From an uncultured Desulfarculus sp. (GTDB taxonomy: Bacteria > Desulfobacterota > Desulfarculia > Desulfarculales > Desulfarculaceae): 64,000 nucleotides of DNA. The stretch is from NCBI GenBank assembly GCA_963665125.2, contig CAXXUK010000001.1, positions 608,001-672,000 on the forward strand, read 5' to 3'. The notes under the pieces were generated by a model. That model was given only the letters and a program-made list of their open reading frames with translations, was not told where the DNA came from and made no database searches. Positions 21,655-31,401 of the stretch are shown one piece after another. The position numbers were made by a program, and so were the translations under genes. Position 1 is the first letter of the stretch; each line of letters opens with the position of its first letter.

Positions 21655-22719
21655 ATGAACACTCTGGAACAAAAAAGAGTTTTCGAGGTTTCGCTGTCCA
21701 TCGCCAGGCAGGTTCTGCCTTTCTTGGGAAAACAAGGCATTCCGGCAACACCTGAAAACTACATGATATTTTATCTGTATTTCGAGGGTGAGCTGCACGT
21801 TGTGCGCAAGGTGGTGGATGAACACCTGAACTCCGGCGAACCATGGACCCTGGAAACCACCAGGGAGATATTCGACCAATTGTTCAGCGCCGACGCCAAT
21901 GTCAACTTTTGGCGCCAGAACGAACGCCTGATCAATCAGGTCAGGGAAACCACCCAGCACATCCTGGCCCGCAGTGATGAAACCGCCCGGCTGGCTGATC
22001 AAACCAGCAAGAATTTCAACGACACCATTCAACTTGCCGGCGGCATGGACGGTGGTGTGCAGATAGGCGACTGGATGCGCAAGGCCCTTTCCGACATCAA
22101 ACTCATGGGCCAGGCAAGCTCCGATCTCAGCGGAGATTTGCGTAAAAAGAGCAGTGAACTCGAGAGGGCTGTGCAGACGCTGGACAAGCTCGAAGTCTTG
22201 GCCTTGACCGACGAGTTGACCCAGGTGGCCAACCGCAGGGCCTGGGAGTCGCGCATCCGGGTGGAGTTCAACCGGTTTGCCCGCTATCAGCGCCCCTGTT
22301 CGCTGATCATGATCGATATCGACGATTTCAAGGGCATCAACGACCGTTTCGGCCACCGCGTTGGTGACCAAGCCCTGGTTCAGGTGGCCAAATTGGCCAA
22401 GGAAAAGCTGCGGACCATTGACTTCATGGCCCGCTACGGCGGCGAGGAATTCACCTGCCTGCTGCCAGAGACCAACCTGGACGGGGCCTATATCGTGGCC
22501 GAGCGTCTGCGGGTGGGCTTGGCCGAACGCAACCTGGTGATCAACGGCAAAACCCGGGCCAGGATTACAGCCAGCCTGGGCGTGGCCTGCTTCAGCAAAA
22601 ACGACAATTGCCCCGAGGAGGCCCTGGAGCGGGCGGACAAGTCTATGTATCTGGCCAAAAAGCTGGGCAAGAACCTTGTCTGCGGCGAACGGGAACTGAC
22701 CCGGCAGCCGGCCTGCTGA
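21655..22719 (+). CDS. Cytoplasmic diguanylate cyclase (GGDEF)
   Basis: TDELTQVANRR, DIDDFKGINDRFGH, ARYGGEEF, ADKSMYLAK; N-terminal PATPENY helical region. Confidence 0.93.
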   Translation: MNTLEQKRVFEVSLSIARQVLPFLGKQGIPATPENYMIFYLYFEGELHVVRKVVDEHLNSGEPWTLETTREIFDQLFSADANVNFWRQNERLINQVRETTQHILARSDETARLADQTSKNFNDTIQLAGGMDGGVQIGDWMRKALSDIKLMGQASSDLSGDLRKKSSELERAVQTLDKLEVLALTDELTQVANRRAWESRIRVEFNRFARYQRPCSLIMIDIDDFKGINDRFGHRVGDQALVQVAKLAKEKLRTIDFMARYGGEEFTCLLPETNLDGAYIVAERLRVGLAERNLVINGKTRARITASLGVACFSKNDNCPEEALERADKSMYLAKKLGKNLVCGERELTRQPAC

Positions 22720-22741
22720 CAGGCGGTATTCAAAGAAAGCC

Positions 22742-23926
22742 TTAGCCTATTCCGGCAACCTTCCTGATTATTTTGCCCATGATCCGCTTCATGGGCTTGG
22801 CCCCCTTTACGGTCAGGCTCTTGATGTCCGTGGGGAAGTTCGTGAGCAGCCGGTAGCCGTCTTGGGTGACGAGCACCGTGTCGGAGTGGCGGACGCCGCC
22901 GACGTCGGGCAGGTAGATGCCCGGTTCGATGGTGATGACCATGTTTTCAGCCAAGACCTGGTCCGAGCCCTCGGCGATCCACGGCCCTTCGTGGTTGTCC
23001 TGGCCCACGCCGTGGCCGGTGCGGTGCAGCAGGTAGTCTCCGAAGCCTTCCCGGCGCAGGAATTCCTTGGCCGCAAGATCCACCTCCACGGCGGCCACGC
23101 CCGGCCGCACCGCGGCAAAGGCCCTTTTGCGGGCCTCGGTCATGGCCGCGAATGCTTCCTTTACCTGGGCCGTGGGCGGTTTGAGGAAAAAGGTGCGCTC
23201 GTTTTCCGCCGCATAACCGTTTACCCGTAGGTAACTCAGCCAGATGTGGGGGCCGGCCCTGAATTGATCGCCGATGGCCGGCACCCCGTGGGGCTGGGCG
23301 CTGAGGGGGGCGGGCCAGGCCGCCATCATCAGGTTGGTGGCCAGGGGATCGTAGCCGACCTGCTTGATGATGGCCAGTTGCACCGACCGGCTCAGGGAGG
23401 CAATCTCCAGCAGGGTTATGCCGGGATAAGCGGCCTCCAGGATCTTTCCGGCGCCCATGTCGCAGAAACGGGCCGCGGTCTGGATCATCTCTATCTCGGC
23501 CGCCGACTTGACCAGGCGGATGTCCTCCACCAGCGGCAGGATGCGGTATTCGTGCTCGGACAAGGCCTCGACGATCTCCAGCTTCAACGACGGCTCCACG
23601 CCGATGGCCATGGTGGAGTCGAGAATGTCGTTGAGCTTTTCGCTCCAGCCTTCGCCCAACGGGGAAGGGTAGTCCCAGTACCAGATCACCTGGTCGATAT
23701 TGGGGGCGTTGCCCAGGTGCTCGCCCTCCAGGGCGGGCGTGAGCAGCACCACCGGCGGCTCGGGCCGCACGATGATGAAGAATGGCCGTTCCTGCTGTTT
23801 GTAGGATACGCCGGTGAGGTAATAGATGTTTTCCTCGTTGGTGACGATATAGGCGTCCAGGTCGCTGGCAGCCACCTGCTGTTGCAGGCTGGCCATGCGC
23901 AGGCCGTATTCTTCATTGCTGATCAT
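22742..23926 (-). CDS. M24 (Xaa-Pro peptidase/creatinase) family hydrolase
   Basis: RLVKSAAEI, HRTGHGVG, HEGP, TIEPGIY; some metal ligands altered. Confidence 0.85.
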   Translation of the reverse strand: MISNEEYGLRMASLQQQVAASDLDAYIVTNEENIYYLTGVSYKQQERPFFIIVRPEPPVVLLTPALEGEHLGNAPNIDQVIWYWDYPSPLGEGWSEKLNDILDSTMAIGVEPSLKLEIVEALSEHEYRILPLVEDIRLVKSAAEIEMIQTAARFCDMGAGKILEAAYPGITLLEIASLSRSVQLAIIKQVGYDPLATNLMMAAWPAPLSAQPHGVPAIGDQFRAGPHIWLSYLRVNGYAAENERTFFLKPPTAQVKEAFAAMTEARKRAFAAVRPGVAAVEVDLAAKEFLRREGFGDYLLHRTGHGVGQDNHEGPWIAEGSDQVLAENMVITIEPGIYLPDVGGVRHSDTVLVTQDGYRLLTNFPTDIKSLTVKGAKPMKRIMGKIIRKVAGIG

Positions 23927-23940
23927 TACAACCCCCGAAG

Positions 23941-25533
23941 TTATTGTTGCCCGCCAAGTTCGGCTTTGGGCGGCACCAAGTCCATGGCCCGTTCGGCCAG
24001 GGCCGTTATGGTCAAGCTGGGGTTGACCCCAACGTTGGCGCTGATGGCCGAGCCGTCCACCACGTACAGGCCCGGATGGCCGAAGACCTGGTGCCCGGTG
24101 TCTATGACGCCGCCGGAGGCATCGCGGCCCATGTGGCAGCCGCCCAGGATGTGGGCCGTCACCGACATGTTGCCGATGCTTTCCAGCATGATGTTCTGGG
24201 CCGTGCCGCCGCTGATCTCGGCCATTGTCCGGGCGGCCCGGTTGGCCTGGGGCAGGTATGTCGGCGCGGCTTTTCCCGGCACTCGCCTGGAATGAAGCCC
24301 CTTGGCGAATGGCTTGACCACACTACGACAATAGACAAACGCCACCTGATTGTCCAGGTGTTGCATGACGGTGAGCACGGTTATGCGCTTGCGCCAGTTG
24401 CGGGCCCGCCACGAGGCCGTGGTCTGGCCGGGCCTGGCGATGAACGCCCCAAGGCCCTTCAGGGCCCGGCCCAGCGGCTTTTCGCCGTCCACCAGGGCCC
24501 CCATGTACCAGCGCATGAAACGGTAGCCCTCGGGGAAGCGGTTCTGAGTGATGTGGGTGTGCGCGTCGGGATAAAAGTGGGAGCTGATGCTGTTGCCCCT
24601 GGTGAGGTCTTCGTCTTTGTCCGGCGAGAGCACGGCCACGATTGCCTCGCTGTTGGTGCGCACCACCCGGCCCAGCTGATCCGAGACGCCGGGCAGGGTG
24701 CCCAGTTTGTCCCGGCAGCGGAAGAGCAACTCCAGGGTGCCCAGGACGCCGCCGGAGAGAACCACATTTCGGGATATGATTTCCGGGTGGCGTTTGCCTG
24801 TCATGGCCGGGCGTCTGGCTTGCAGTTTGTAGCCGCCGCCGGGTAGGGGGGCGATTGAGCGGACCTTGTACGACGGCAGGATCTTGGCCCCGGCCTTTTG
24901 GGCCAGGTGCAGGTAATTGCGGTCCAGGGTGTTTTTGGCGCCTTCGCCGCAGCCGGTGAGGCAGTCGCCGCAGAGCTTGCAGCCGGTTCGCCGGGGGCCT
25001 TTGCCGCCGAAAAACGGATCATCCACGGTTTCGCCGGGCTTGCCGAAGTAGATGCCGTTGGGCGTGGGGCCGAAAGTGCCGCCCGCGCCCATGGCCCGGG
25101 CCGTCTGCTCCAGCAGGTGGTCCATCTTGTCGTAGACCGGGTTTTCCACAACGCCGAGCATTGCCTTGGCCGTGGCGTAGTGGGGCTCAAGCTCCGTCTG
25201 CCAATTCACTCCCAGGCCGCTCCAGGCCTCGTCCTCGAAGAACTCCGGCTTGGGCTCCAGCAGAACGGCTGCGTAGACCAGGCTGCCGCCGCCCACGCCC
25301 ACGCCATGCACCACCCCCACATGGCGGAAGATGGGCTGGCCGAAAAAACCGTGCATGCCCAGTTGCGGAGCCCATAGAAAATGCCGCACGCTGCTGTCGG
25401 CCTTTTTGACCTCCTCCGGGCCGATCCATTTGCCCTGTTCCAGCACCGCCACCGAGTAGCCTTTTTCGGCCAGACGCAGGGCGCAGACGCTGCCCCCGAA
25501 TCCGCTGCCGACGATCACATAGTCGAAATTCAT
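23941..25533 (-). CDS. GMC family FAD oxidoreductase, cholesterol oxidase (ChoD)-like
   Basis: [50 protein letters not shown]. Confidence 0.85.
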   Translation of the reverse strand: MNFDYVIVGSGFGGSVCALRLAEKGYSVAVLEQGKWIGPEEVKKADSSVRHFLWAPQLGMHGFFGQPIFRHVGVVHGVGVGGGSLVYAAVLLEPKPEFFEDEAWSGLGVNWQTELEPHYATAKAMLGVVENPVYDKMDHLLEQTARAMGAGGTFGPTPNGIYFGKPGETVDDPFFGGKGPRRTGCKLCGDCLTGCGEGAKNTLDRNYLHLAQKAGAKILPSYKVRSIAPLPGGGYKLQARRPAMTGKRHPEIISRNVVLSGGVLGTLELLFRCRDKLGTLPGVSDQLGRVVRTNSEAIVAVLSPDKDEDLTRGNSISSHFYPDAHTHITQNRFPEGYRFMRWYMGALVDGEKPLGRALKGLGAFIARPGQTTASWRARNWRKRITVLTVMQHLDNQVAFVYCRSVVKPFAKGLHSRRVPGKAAPTYLPQANRAARTMAEISGGTAQNIMLESIGNMSVTAHILGGCHMGRDASGGVIDTGHQVFGHPGLYVVDGSAISANVGVNPSLTITALAERAMDLVPPKAELGGQQ

Positions 25534-25749
25534 CCCCACCGCCCGTAATCATGAGTAAAAACTAGAAGATATTAATATATTTAAACGATGGAAATAAAGG
25601 GCCGGTGTGCGGTTTTAATGCCCTAAAAGATATGGTTGATTATGGGACGCTTTCCTTGCTTCCGCCTGCGCATCGGAGTAAAGTTTTGGCGTCATCGTCA
25701 TTGAATCTGTATCGGGGCGGATTCGCCCCCCAGGATAAGGAGCCAGCAA

Positions 25750-27480
25750 GTGAGTCTCAACGTTGTGATCATCGGTGCTGTGGCAGCCGGGCCCAAAACC
25801 GCCTGCCGGATCAAGCGCGTACTGCCCGAAGCAAACGTTACAATGATCGACCGCGACACCTATATATCTTATGGTGGCTGCGGCATTCCTTTTTATGTCG
25901 GCGGTGATGTTGCCGACGTGAAAGAGCTGTTATCCACCAGCTTCCACATGGTCCGTGATCCGCAGTTCTTCAAGGGCGCCAAGGGCGTGGACGTGCTCAC
26001 CGCCACCGAGGCCACGGCCATCGACCGCCAGGCCAAGATCGTCAAGATCAAGAGCCTGCAGACCGGCGAAGAGTCTGAACTACCCTATGACAAACTGATG
26101 ATCGCCACCGGCGCACGGGCCTCTGTGCCGCCCATACCCGGCGCGGACGCCGAGGGCGTCTACACAGTGGCCAACCTGCATGACGCCAGGGCCATCAAGG
26201 GCCTGGTCAGCAAGGGCATGGTCGGTACGGCGGCCATCATCGGCGCCGGAGCCACGGGTCTGGAAATGGCCGAATCCCTGGCCGACCTGTGGGGTCTTGA
26301 GGTGCACATCATCGAGCAGGCCGAGCAATTTCTGCCGGGCATCCTGGACAAGGACATGGCCAAGATGCTGCAAACCCGCCTGGCCGACCAGGACGACATC
26401 ACCCTGCACCTGGGTGCTTCGGTTTCAAAGATCATGGTGGACGAAGAGGGCAAGGCCGCCGGAGTGGTGGTCGACGGCCAGGATATCGAGGCCGATCTGG
26501 TGATTCTGGCCACCGGCGTGCGGCCCAATGTGGACCTGGCCGTTGACACCGGGTTGGCGGTCGTCGAACGTGGCGGCATAAAGGTCGACGAGCGCATGTG
26601 CACCAGCGACCCGGACATCTTCGCCGCCGGCGACTGCGTCAGCACGGTCAACCAGCTTACCGGCAAAAGCGCCTATATCGCCGCCGGTTCCCTGGCCAAC
26701 CGCATGGGCCGTGTGGCGGCCACCAACATCTGCGGCGGCAACGCCACCTTCCCCGGCGTCGTGGGTTCATGGTGCATCAAGCTCTTTGGCTTGGCCGCAG
26801 CCCGCACCGGCCTCAACGAGGCCGATGCCAAAGCCCAGGGCCTGGACGTGGTGGCTCCCATCGTGGTCCAGGCCGACCGGGCCCACTTCCACCCGGACAT
26901 GTCCATGATGTACACCAAGCTGGTGGTGGAAAAGGGCTCCCGCAGGCTGCTGGGCTTCACGGCCGTGGGCGAAAGCGGCGACGCGGTGGTGGGCCGGGTC
27001 AATGCCGTGGCCGCCCTGTTGCAAAGCGGCGCCGAACTGGAAGACCTGGCCAACCTGGAACTGGCCTACAGCCCGCCCCTGGGCGCGGCGGTGGACATCC
27101 TCAACTCGGCCGCATACGTGGCCGAAAATATGATCGAGGGCCGTTTGCGGGCCATCACGCCCGATGACTTCATGGCCCGCCTGGCCCGGGAAGACGGTCC
27201 GCTTATCTTCGACGTGCGGGCCATCGACAACGTAGCGCCGTTTCTGGAGGCCTTGGCTCCCCGCTGGAAGCACCTGCCCCAGGAGACCATCGTGGGCCGG
27301 GAGGGCGAAGTGCCCAACAACGGCGAGGTGCTGTTGATCTGCAACTCCGGCGCCCGCTCGTACGAGGCCCAGCGCCAACTCGAAGCCGCGGGCTACACCA
27401 ATACGGTCAATGTCAGCGGCGGCATGGCGGCCATCCGGATGTGCGGCAATCAGATAATTCCGCCAAAGGGAGACAGCTAG
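25750..27480 (+). CDS. CoA-disulfide/persulfide reductase with C-terminal rhodanese domain
   Basis: GAVAAG, SYGGCG (redox Cys), GAGATGLE, AAGDC, LELAYSPP; rhodanese DVR...ICNSGARS...GG. Confidence 0.88.
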   Translation: MSLNVVIIGAVAAGPKTACRIKRVLPEANVTMIDRDTYISYGGCGIPFYVGGDVADVKELLSTSFHMVRDPQFFKGAKGVDVLTATEATAIDRQAKIVKIKSLQTGEESELPYDKLMIATGARASVPPIPGADAEGVYTVANLHDARAIKGLVSKGMVGTAAIIGAGATGLEMAESLADLWGLEVHIIEQAEQFLPGILDKDMAKMLQTRLADQDDITLHLGASVSKIMVDEEGKAAGVVVDGQDIEADLVILATGVRPNVDLAVDTGLAVVERGGIKVDERMCTSDPDIFAAGDCVSTVNQLTGKSAYIAAGSLANRMGRVAATNICGGNATFPGVVGSWCIKLFGLAAARTGLNEADAKAQGLDVVAPIVVQADRAHFHPDMSMMYTKLVVEKGSRRLLGFTAVGESGDAVVGRVNAVAALLQSGAELEDLANLELAYSPPLGAAVDILNSAAYVAENMIEGRLRAITPDDFMARLAREDGPLIFDVRAIDNVAPFLEALAPRWKHLPQETIVGREGEVPNNGEVLLICNSGARSYEAQRQLEAAGYTNTVNVSGGMAAIRMCGNQIIPPKGDS

Positions 27481-27482
27481 GC

Positions 27483-28211
27483 ATGGGATACCGGATCACC
27501 CCCATCGTCTGCGGGCTCAACGCCACCGACCAGGGCGTCATGACCTACATGCGCCACTACGGCAAGGCCATCTACATCCCCATCTATGTGTTTCTGCTGG
27601 ATGACGGCCAGCGCAAACTGCTCATAGACACGGGCCTGGAGGATTTTCTGATCCCCGAGGGCGTGGAGGGTGACCTGGGCCTCAAGGCTGAATACCTTGA
27701 CGAGGCCCTGGAACGCCTGGGCGTGAAACCCGAGGATATCCAAGGGGTGATCCATACCCATCTGCACAACGACCACTGCGAAAACGACGCCATGTTTGAA
27801 AACGCCAAGGTCTACGTGCAAAAGGCCGAGTGGGATTTTTGCCAAAACCCCCATCCCCTGGATCACCGCTACGACGCCGATTATCTGGAAGGATGCGACC
27901 TGGTCGAGGTTGAGGGCGATGCCGAGATCTTTCCCGGCGTGCGGGTGGTCTTCACGCCGGGGCATACGCCGGGCGGCCAGTCGGTGGTGGTTGACACGGA
28001 TAACTCCGGCAAGGTGCTAATCACCGGATTTTGCTGTAACGAACAGAACTTCCCCTCGGCCGGACCGGCCGTGGCGCCTGGCGTGCATACCGACGCCTTG
28101 GCCGGTTGGAACTCGGCCAACAAGGTGAAGCAAATGCTCGAAGACGGTGAGATCGACCTCATCGTGCCTTGCCATGCCATATGGCCGGGCCAGAAGGGCG
28201 TCATCGACTGA
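27483..28211 (+). CDS. Metallo-beta-lactamase fold hydrolase (N-acyl homoserine lactonase family)
   Basis: LIDTG, HTHLHNDH, TPGHTPG, VPCH. Confidence 0.85.
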   Translation: MGYRITPIVCGLNATDQGVMTYMRHYGKAIYIPIYVFLLDDGQRKLLIDTGLEDFLIPEGVEGDLGLKAEYLDEALERLGVKPEDIQGVIHTHLHNDHCENDAMFENAKVYVQKAEWDFCQNPHPLDHRYDADYLEGCDLVEVEGDAEIFPGVRVVFTPGHTPGGQSVVVDTDNSGKVLITGFCCNEQNFPSAGPAVAPGVHTDALAGWNSANKVKQMLEDGEIDLIVPCHAIWPGQKGVID

Positions 28212-28268
28212 GGCTTGAGTATGCCATCGGCAGTGGGCTAAGATGGGCCGAACTCTAGCCGGAGGATT

Positions 28269-29705
28269 TTGTTGGCAACCAAGCTTGTGGTGATCGGGGC
28301 CGGGCCCGGCGGATACATGGCCGCCATCAGGTCCGCCCAACTGGGCGCGGACGTAACGGTAATCGAAAAGGGCCCAACGGGCGGCGTGTGCCTCAACTGG
28401 GGCTGCATACCCACCAAGGCCCTCAAGGCCACGGCCGAGGCCATGGACTTGGCCAAGGACCTGGCTGCCTACGGCCTGCGGGGCGGAGCGGACGTCGGCG
28501 TGGACATGCCCGCGGTCATCGCCCGCAAGGACGGCATTGTCCAAACCCTGGTCACGGCAATTGAAAAGCTGTTCAAGGCCTACAAAATCCAACTGATCCA
28601 TGGGCACGCCCGCCTGGAGGGACCGGGTGTCGTGGCGGTGGAGACCGATGACGGCGGGCAGCAGATTAGTTACGACCGCCTGATCATCGCCAGCGGCTCC
28701 GGCCCGGCGGATCTGCCCGGCCTGGAGCGCGACGGCCAATACTTTCTTGATTCCACGGATGCCCTTAATCTGACCGAGGTTCCCGAAAGCCTGGCCATTG
28801 TCGGCGGTGGGGTTATCGGCTGCGAGTTCGCGGGCATCTACGCATCCCTAGGCAGCAAAGTGACCGTCATCGAGGCCCTGGACCGGCTGCTGCCCATGGA
28901 TTCCATTGATTCCGACACCTCCAAGACCCTGCAACGCGAGTTCAAGAAGCGCGGCGTCAAGGCCATCACCGGGGCCATGGTCACCAGCGCCACGGTTGAC
29001 GGCGGCATGGTCACCCTGGGATTGGGGCCATCGACTTTGGCCGCCAAGCCCATCAAAAAGCCTCAACAGGTCCAGGCCGACAAGGTGTTGGTCTCGGTGG
29101 GACGTAAACTAAACACCGCTGATATTGGTTTGGCCGAGGCCGGGGTGGAGCTTGACCAGCGCGGGGCCATAAAAGTTGATGAGCATCTACAAACCAGCCT
29201 GCCCGGCGTATACGCCATTGGCGATTGCCTGGGGGTGGGTAGGCCCCTGTTGGCGCACCTGGCCGGGGCCGAGGGCAGGGTGGCCGTAGCTAATGCCCTG
29301 GGCGCCGGCGATACGGTTAACTACGATGTGGTGCCTTCGGCCATTTTCACCACGCCCGAGGCCGCTTCCGTGGGCCTCACCGCCGAGCAGGCCATTGATC
29401 GCGGCATTGAAGTAAATACCGGCACATTCATGTTCCGTCAGTTGGGCAAAAGCCAGGCCATGGGCCATATCGACGGCCACGTCAAGCTCATCGGCGCCGC
29501 CGGTGACGGTCGCCTGCTGGGCGCCCATATCATCGGTCCCCATGCCACGGATCTGATTCATGAATGCGCCCTGGCCCTGCAAACCGGGGCCACGGTGGAA
29601 GACATCGCCCATATGATCCACGCCCATCCGACCCTTAGCGAGGGCGTGGCCGAGGCCGCCGAGACGCTGTTGGGCGTATGCCTGCACGCGCCGCCGGTCA
29701 AGTGA
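28269..29705 (+). CDS. lpdA: Dihydrolipoamide dehydrogenase
   Basis: GAGPGGY, GGVCLNWGCIPTK, GGGVIGCE, YAIGD, HAHPTLSE. Confidence 0.95.
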   Translation: MLATKLVVIGAGPGGYMAAIRSAQLGADVTVIEKGPTGGVCLNWGCIPTKALKATAEAMDLAKDLAAYGLRGGADVGVDMPAVIARKDGIVQTLVTAIEKLFKAYKIQLIHGHARLEGPGVVAVETDDGGQQISYDRLIIASGSGPADLPGLERDGQYFLDSTDALNLTEVPESLAIVGGGVIGCEFAGIYASLGSKVTVIEALDRLLPMDSIDSDTSKTLQREFKKRGVKAITGAMVTSATVDGGMVTLGLGPSTLAAKPIKKPQQVQADKVLVSVGRKLNTADIGLAEAGVELDQRGAIKVDEHLQTSLPGVYAIGDCLGVGRPLLAHLAGAEGRVAVANALGAGDTVNYDVVPSAIFTTPEAASVGLTAEQAIDRGIEVNTGTFMFRQLGKSQAMGHIDGHVKLIGAAGDGRLLGAHIIGPHATDLIHECALALQTGATVEDIAHMIHAHPTLSEGVAEAAETLLGVCLHAPPVK

Positions 29706-29712
29706 GGATGTC

Positions 29713-30198
29713 TTGCTTTACGTGACGCTCAGAGCCCGGACCATAGACACGGTGGCGGACCTGTCGGAGGCCGAGCGCCACGTAATGCAAAAGCTCATCG
29801 CCTGGGAGCGCCTGGGGCCGGAGCCCGCTGAATTCAAGGGCAAGAGGGATGGTGCCCTGCGTGTGGGTTGGGACGGCCGGGGCCCAGTGCGGGCGTCGGC
29901 GGCCTTGCGGGAGGTCTGCGACGACCTTTCAGCGCGGGTGGCCATCGCCAAAGGCGTCCGGCCCGGTCCGGGCTGGCTGTTTTGCCAGATATGGCCAGGC
30001 AGATACAGCGGCGGCGGACTGCGCATCAAACAGGAAACGGGGCCGGAATGTGTTGTGGAGGTCATGGACGCGGCCGACCAGCCCCGTGGTATGCTGCGCC
30101 TGGAGCCAGGGCAGACCCTGGAACAGGCTGTCGTTCAGATCGCCTCGGGCGGCCCGCTGGCCCGGCGGATCAGGGACATGGGCCTGCGGCTCAGATAG
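29713..30198 (+). CDS. Hypothetical protein
   Basis: Fills the gap between lpdA (7 nt downstream) and the convergent amidohydrolase; no recognisable family. Confidence 0.55.
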   Translation: MLYVTLRARTIDTVADLSEAERHVMQKLIAWERLGPEPAEFKGKRDGALRVGWDGRGPVRASAALREVCDDLSARVAIAKGVRPGPGWLFCQIWPGRYSGGGLRIKQETGPECVVEVMDAADQPRGMLRLEPGQTLEQAVVQIASGGPLARRIRDMGLRLR

Positions 30199-31399
30199 AA
30201 TCCCCGCTTGAATCAGGATTACCCACCGGCCGGGGCGGCGCGGCGTGATCGCCGCAGACCACGGCGGCCAGGGCGTTTTCTCCGGTTAGGCCCGGAGCCA
30301 AATCCGCATAGCACAGAGGAGCCACGGCCCCTTCCCCGATAAATCCGAAAAGATGCCCCAGGCCCAGGGCCTCGGCCCCGCCGCTGGTGGCCATGGTCAA
30401 GACGGCCTCGGGCGGCAGGCCGGGAAAACGCCGCGAAATTTCGGCCAATTCCCGCCACAGGTTCAGGTCCGGGCAAGACGAAAGCGAATCCGTGCCCAGG
30501 CAGAGGTTGATCCCGGCGTCATGCATGGCCTGGACATCGGCCAGGCTGCCGGTGAGCCCCAGGTTGGAGCGGGGGCAGGCGCACACCGAGGCCTTGGCCG
30601 CGGCCACCTGGGCGATTTCGTTTTGGTTGAGCTGTACGCAGTGGATCAGCAGGGTGTTATGGTCCAGGCCGCCCAGGTTGATCAGATGCTGCAAGGGCCT
30701 CTCGGCGCTGATCCCCAGCTTTTCGCGTTGAACCCCGCGCACCTTCAGGAAATCATCCAGCCGCAGGCCTTGGGGTCCGCTGCCGGCGATGTATTCCATT
30801 TCGGCCGTTGACTCTGCCATGTGCATGCAAAAGATGTTGCCGTCGGCCAGTTTTTTCAGTTCGGCGATGCGCCAGCCGGGCACGGAATAGGGCGAGTGGG
30901 CCGCCACGCCCTGGGCCTCCAAAACACCGCCGCGCCAAAGGGCCTCGGGGGCGGGCGGCGGGCAATTGGCGGCGCCCAGGGCCTCGAAGAGGCTTACGGC
31001 GTGCAAGCCCGCGTTGTACAGGGCCTGGCGGGCCAGGCCGGTGTTGGTTATGTCGCCCACCAGGGCGATGCCGAGGGCGGCCATTTCCTTTGCCGCTTCA
31101 GAAGTGGCTTTGGATGCTTCATCCGGGTCTTGATTGGGGCGGATTTCCACCAGACGCAGCAGCCAATCCATGAAATCGCCTTGGGGCGTGATTTGGCCGC
31201 GCATGCCCGAGAGTTCCACATGGGTGTGGGCGTTGACCAGGCCGGGCATCAGCATGCCGTCGCCCATATCCCTCGCCTCTGCGCCGCGGGGCTCCACGGC
31301 AACCACCCGGCCGCCGCGCAGGCGCACTTGCAGACCATCGCCGAGCCGCCCCGGCCCCAGCCAGACATGCCGCGCGGTGATGACCTGTTCTTTACCCAC
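30191..31399 (-). CDS. Amidohydrolase, probable aminodeoxyfutalosine deaminase
   Basis: PGLVNAHTH, AHSPYS, MHMAES, CPRSN, GTDS; directly downstream of mqnE-mqnC. Confidence 0.75.
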   Translation of the reverse strand: MGKEQVITARHVWLGPGRLGDGLQVRLRGGRVVAVEPRGAEARDMGDGMLMPGLVNAHTHVELSGMRGQITPQGDFMDWLLRLVEIRPNQDPDEASKATSEAAKEMAALGIALVGDITNTGLARQALYNAGLHAVSLFEALGAANCPPPAPEALWRGGVLEAQGVAAHSPYSVPGWRIAELKKLADGNIFCMHMAESTAEMEYIAGSGPQGLRLDDFLKVRGVQREKLGISAERPLQHLINLGGLDHNTLLIHCVQLNQNEIAQVAAAKASVCACPRSNLGLTGSLADVQAMHDAGINLCLGTDSLSSCPDLNLWRELAEISRRFPGLPPEAVLTMATSGGAEALGLGHLFGFIGEGAVAPLCYADLAPGLTGENALAAVVCGDHAAPPRPVGNPDSSGDSI

Positions 31400-31401
31400 G
31401 G

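Noticed and set aside
9282..30198. Selenocysteine read-through in the DsrE-like, CoADR-rhodanese or lpdA genes
   Set aside because: The redox-active positions are ordinary Cys codons; no in-frame TGA interrupts these genes.
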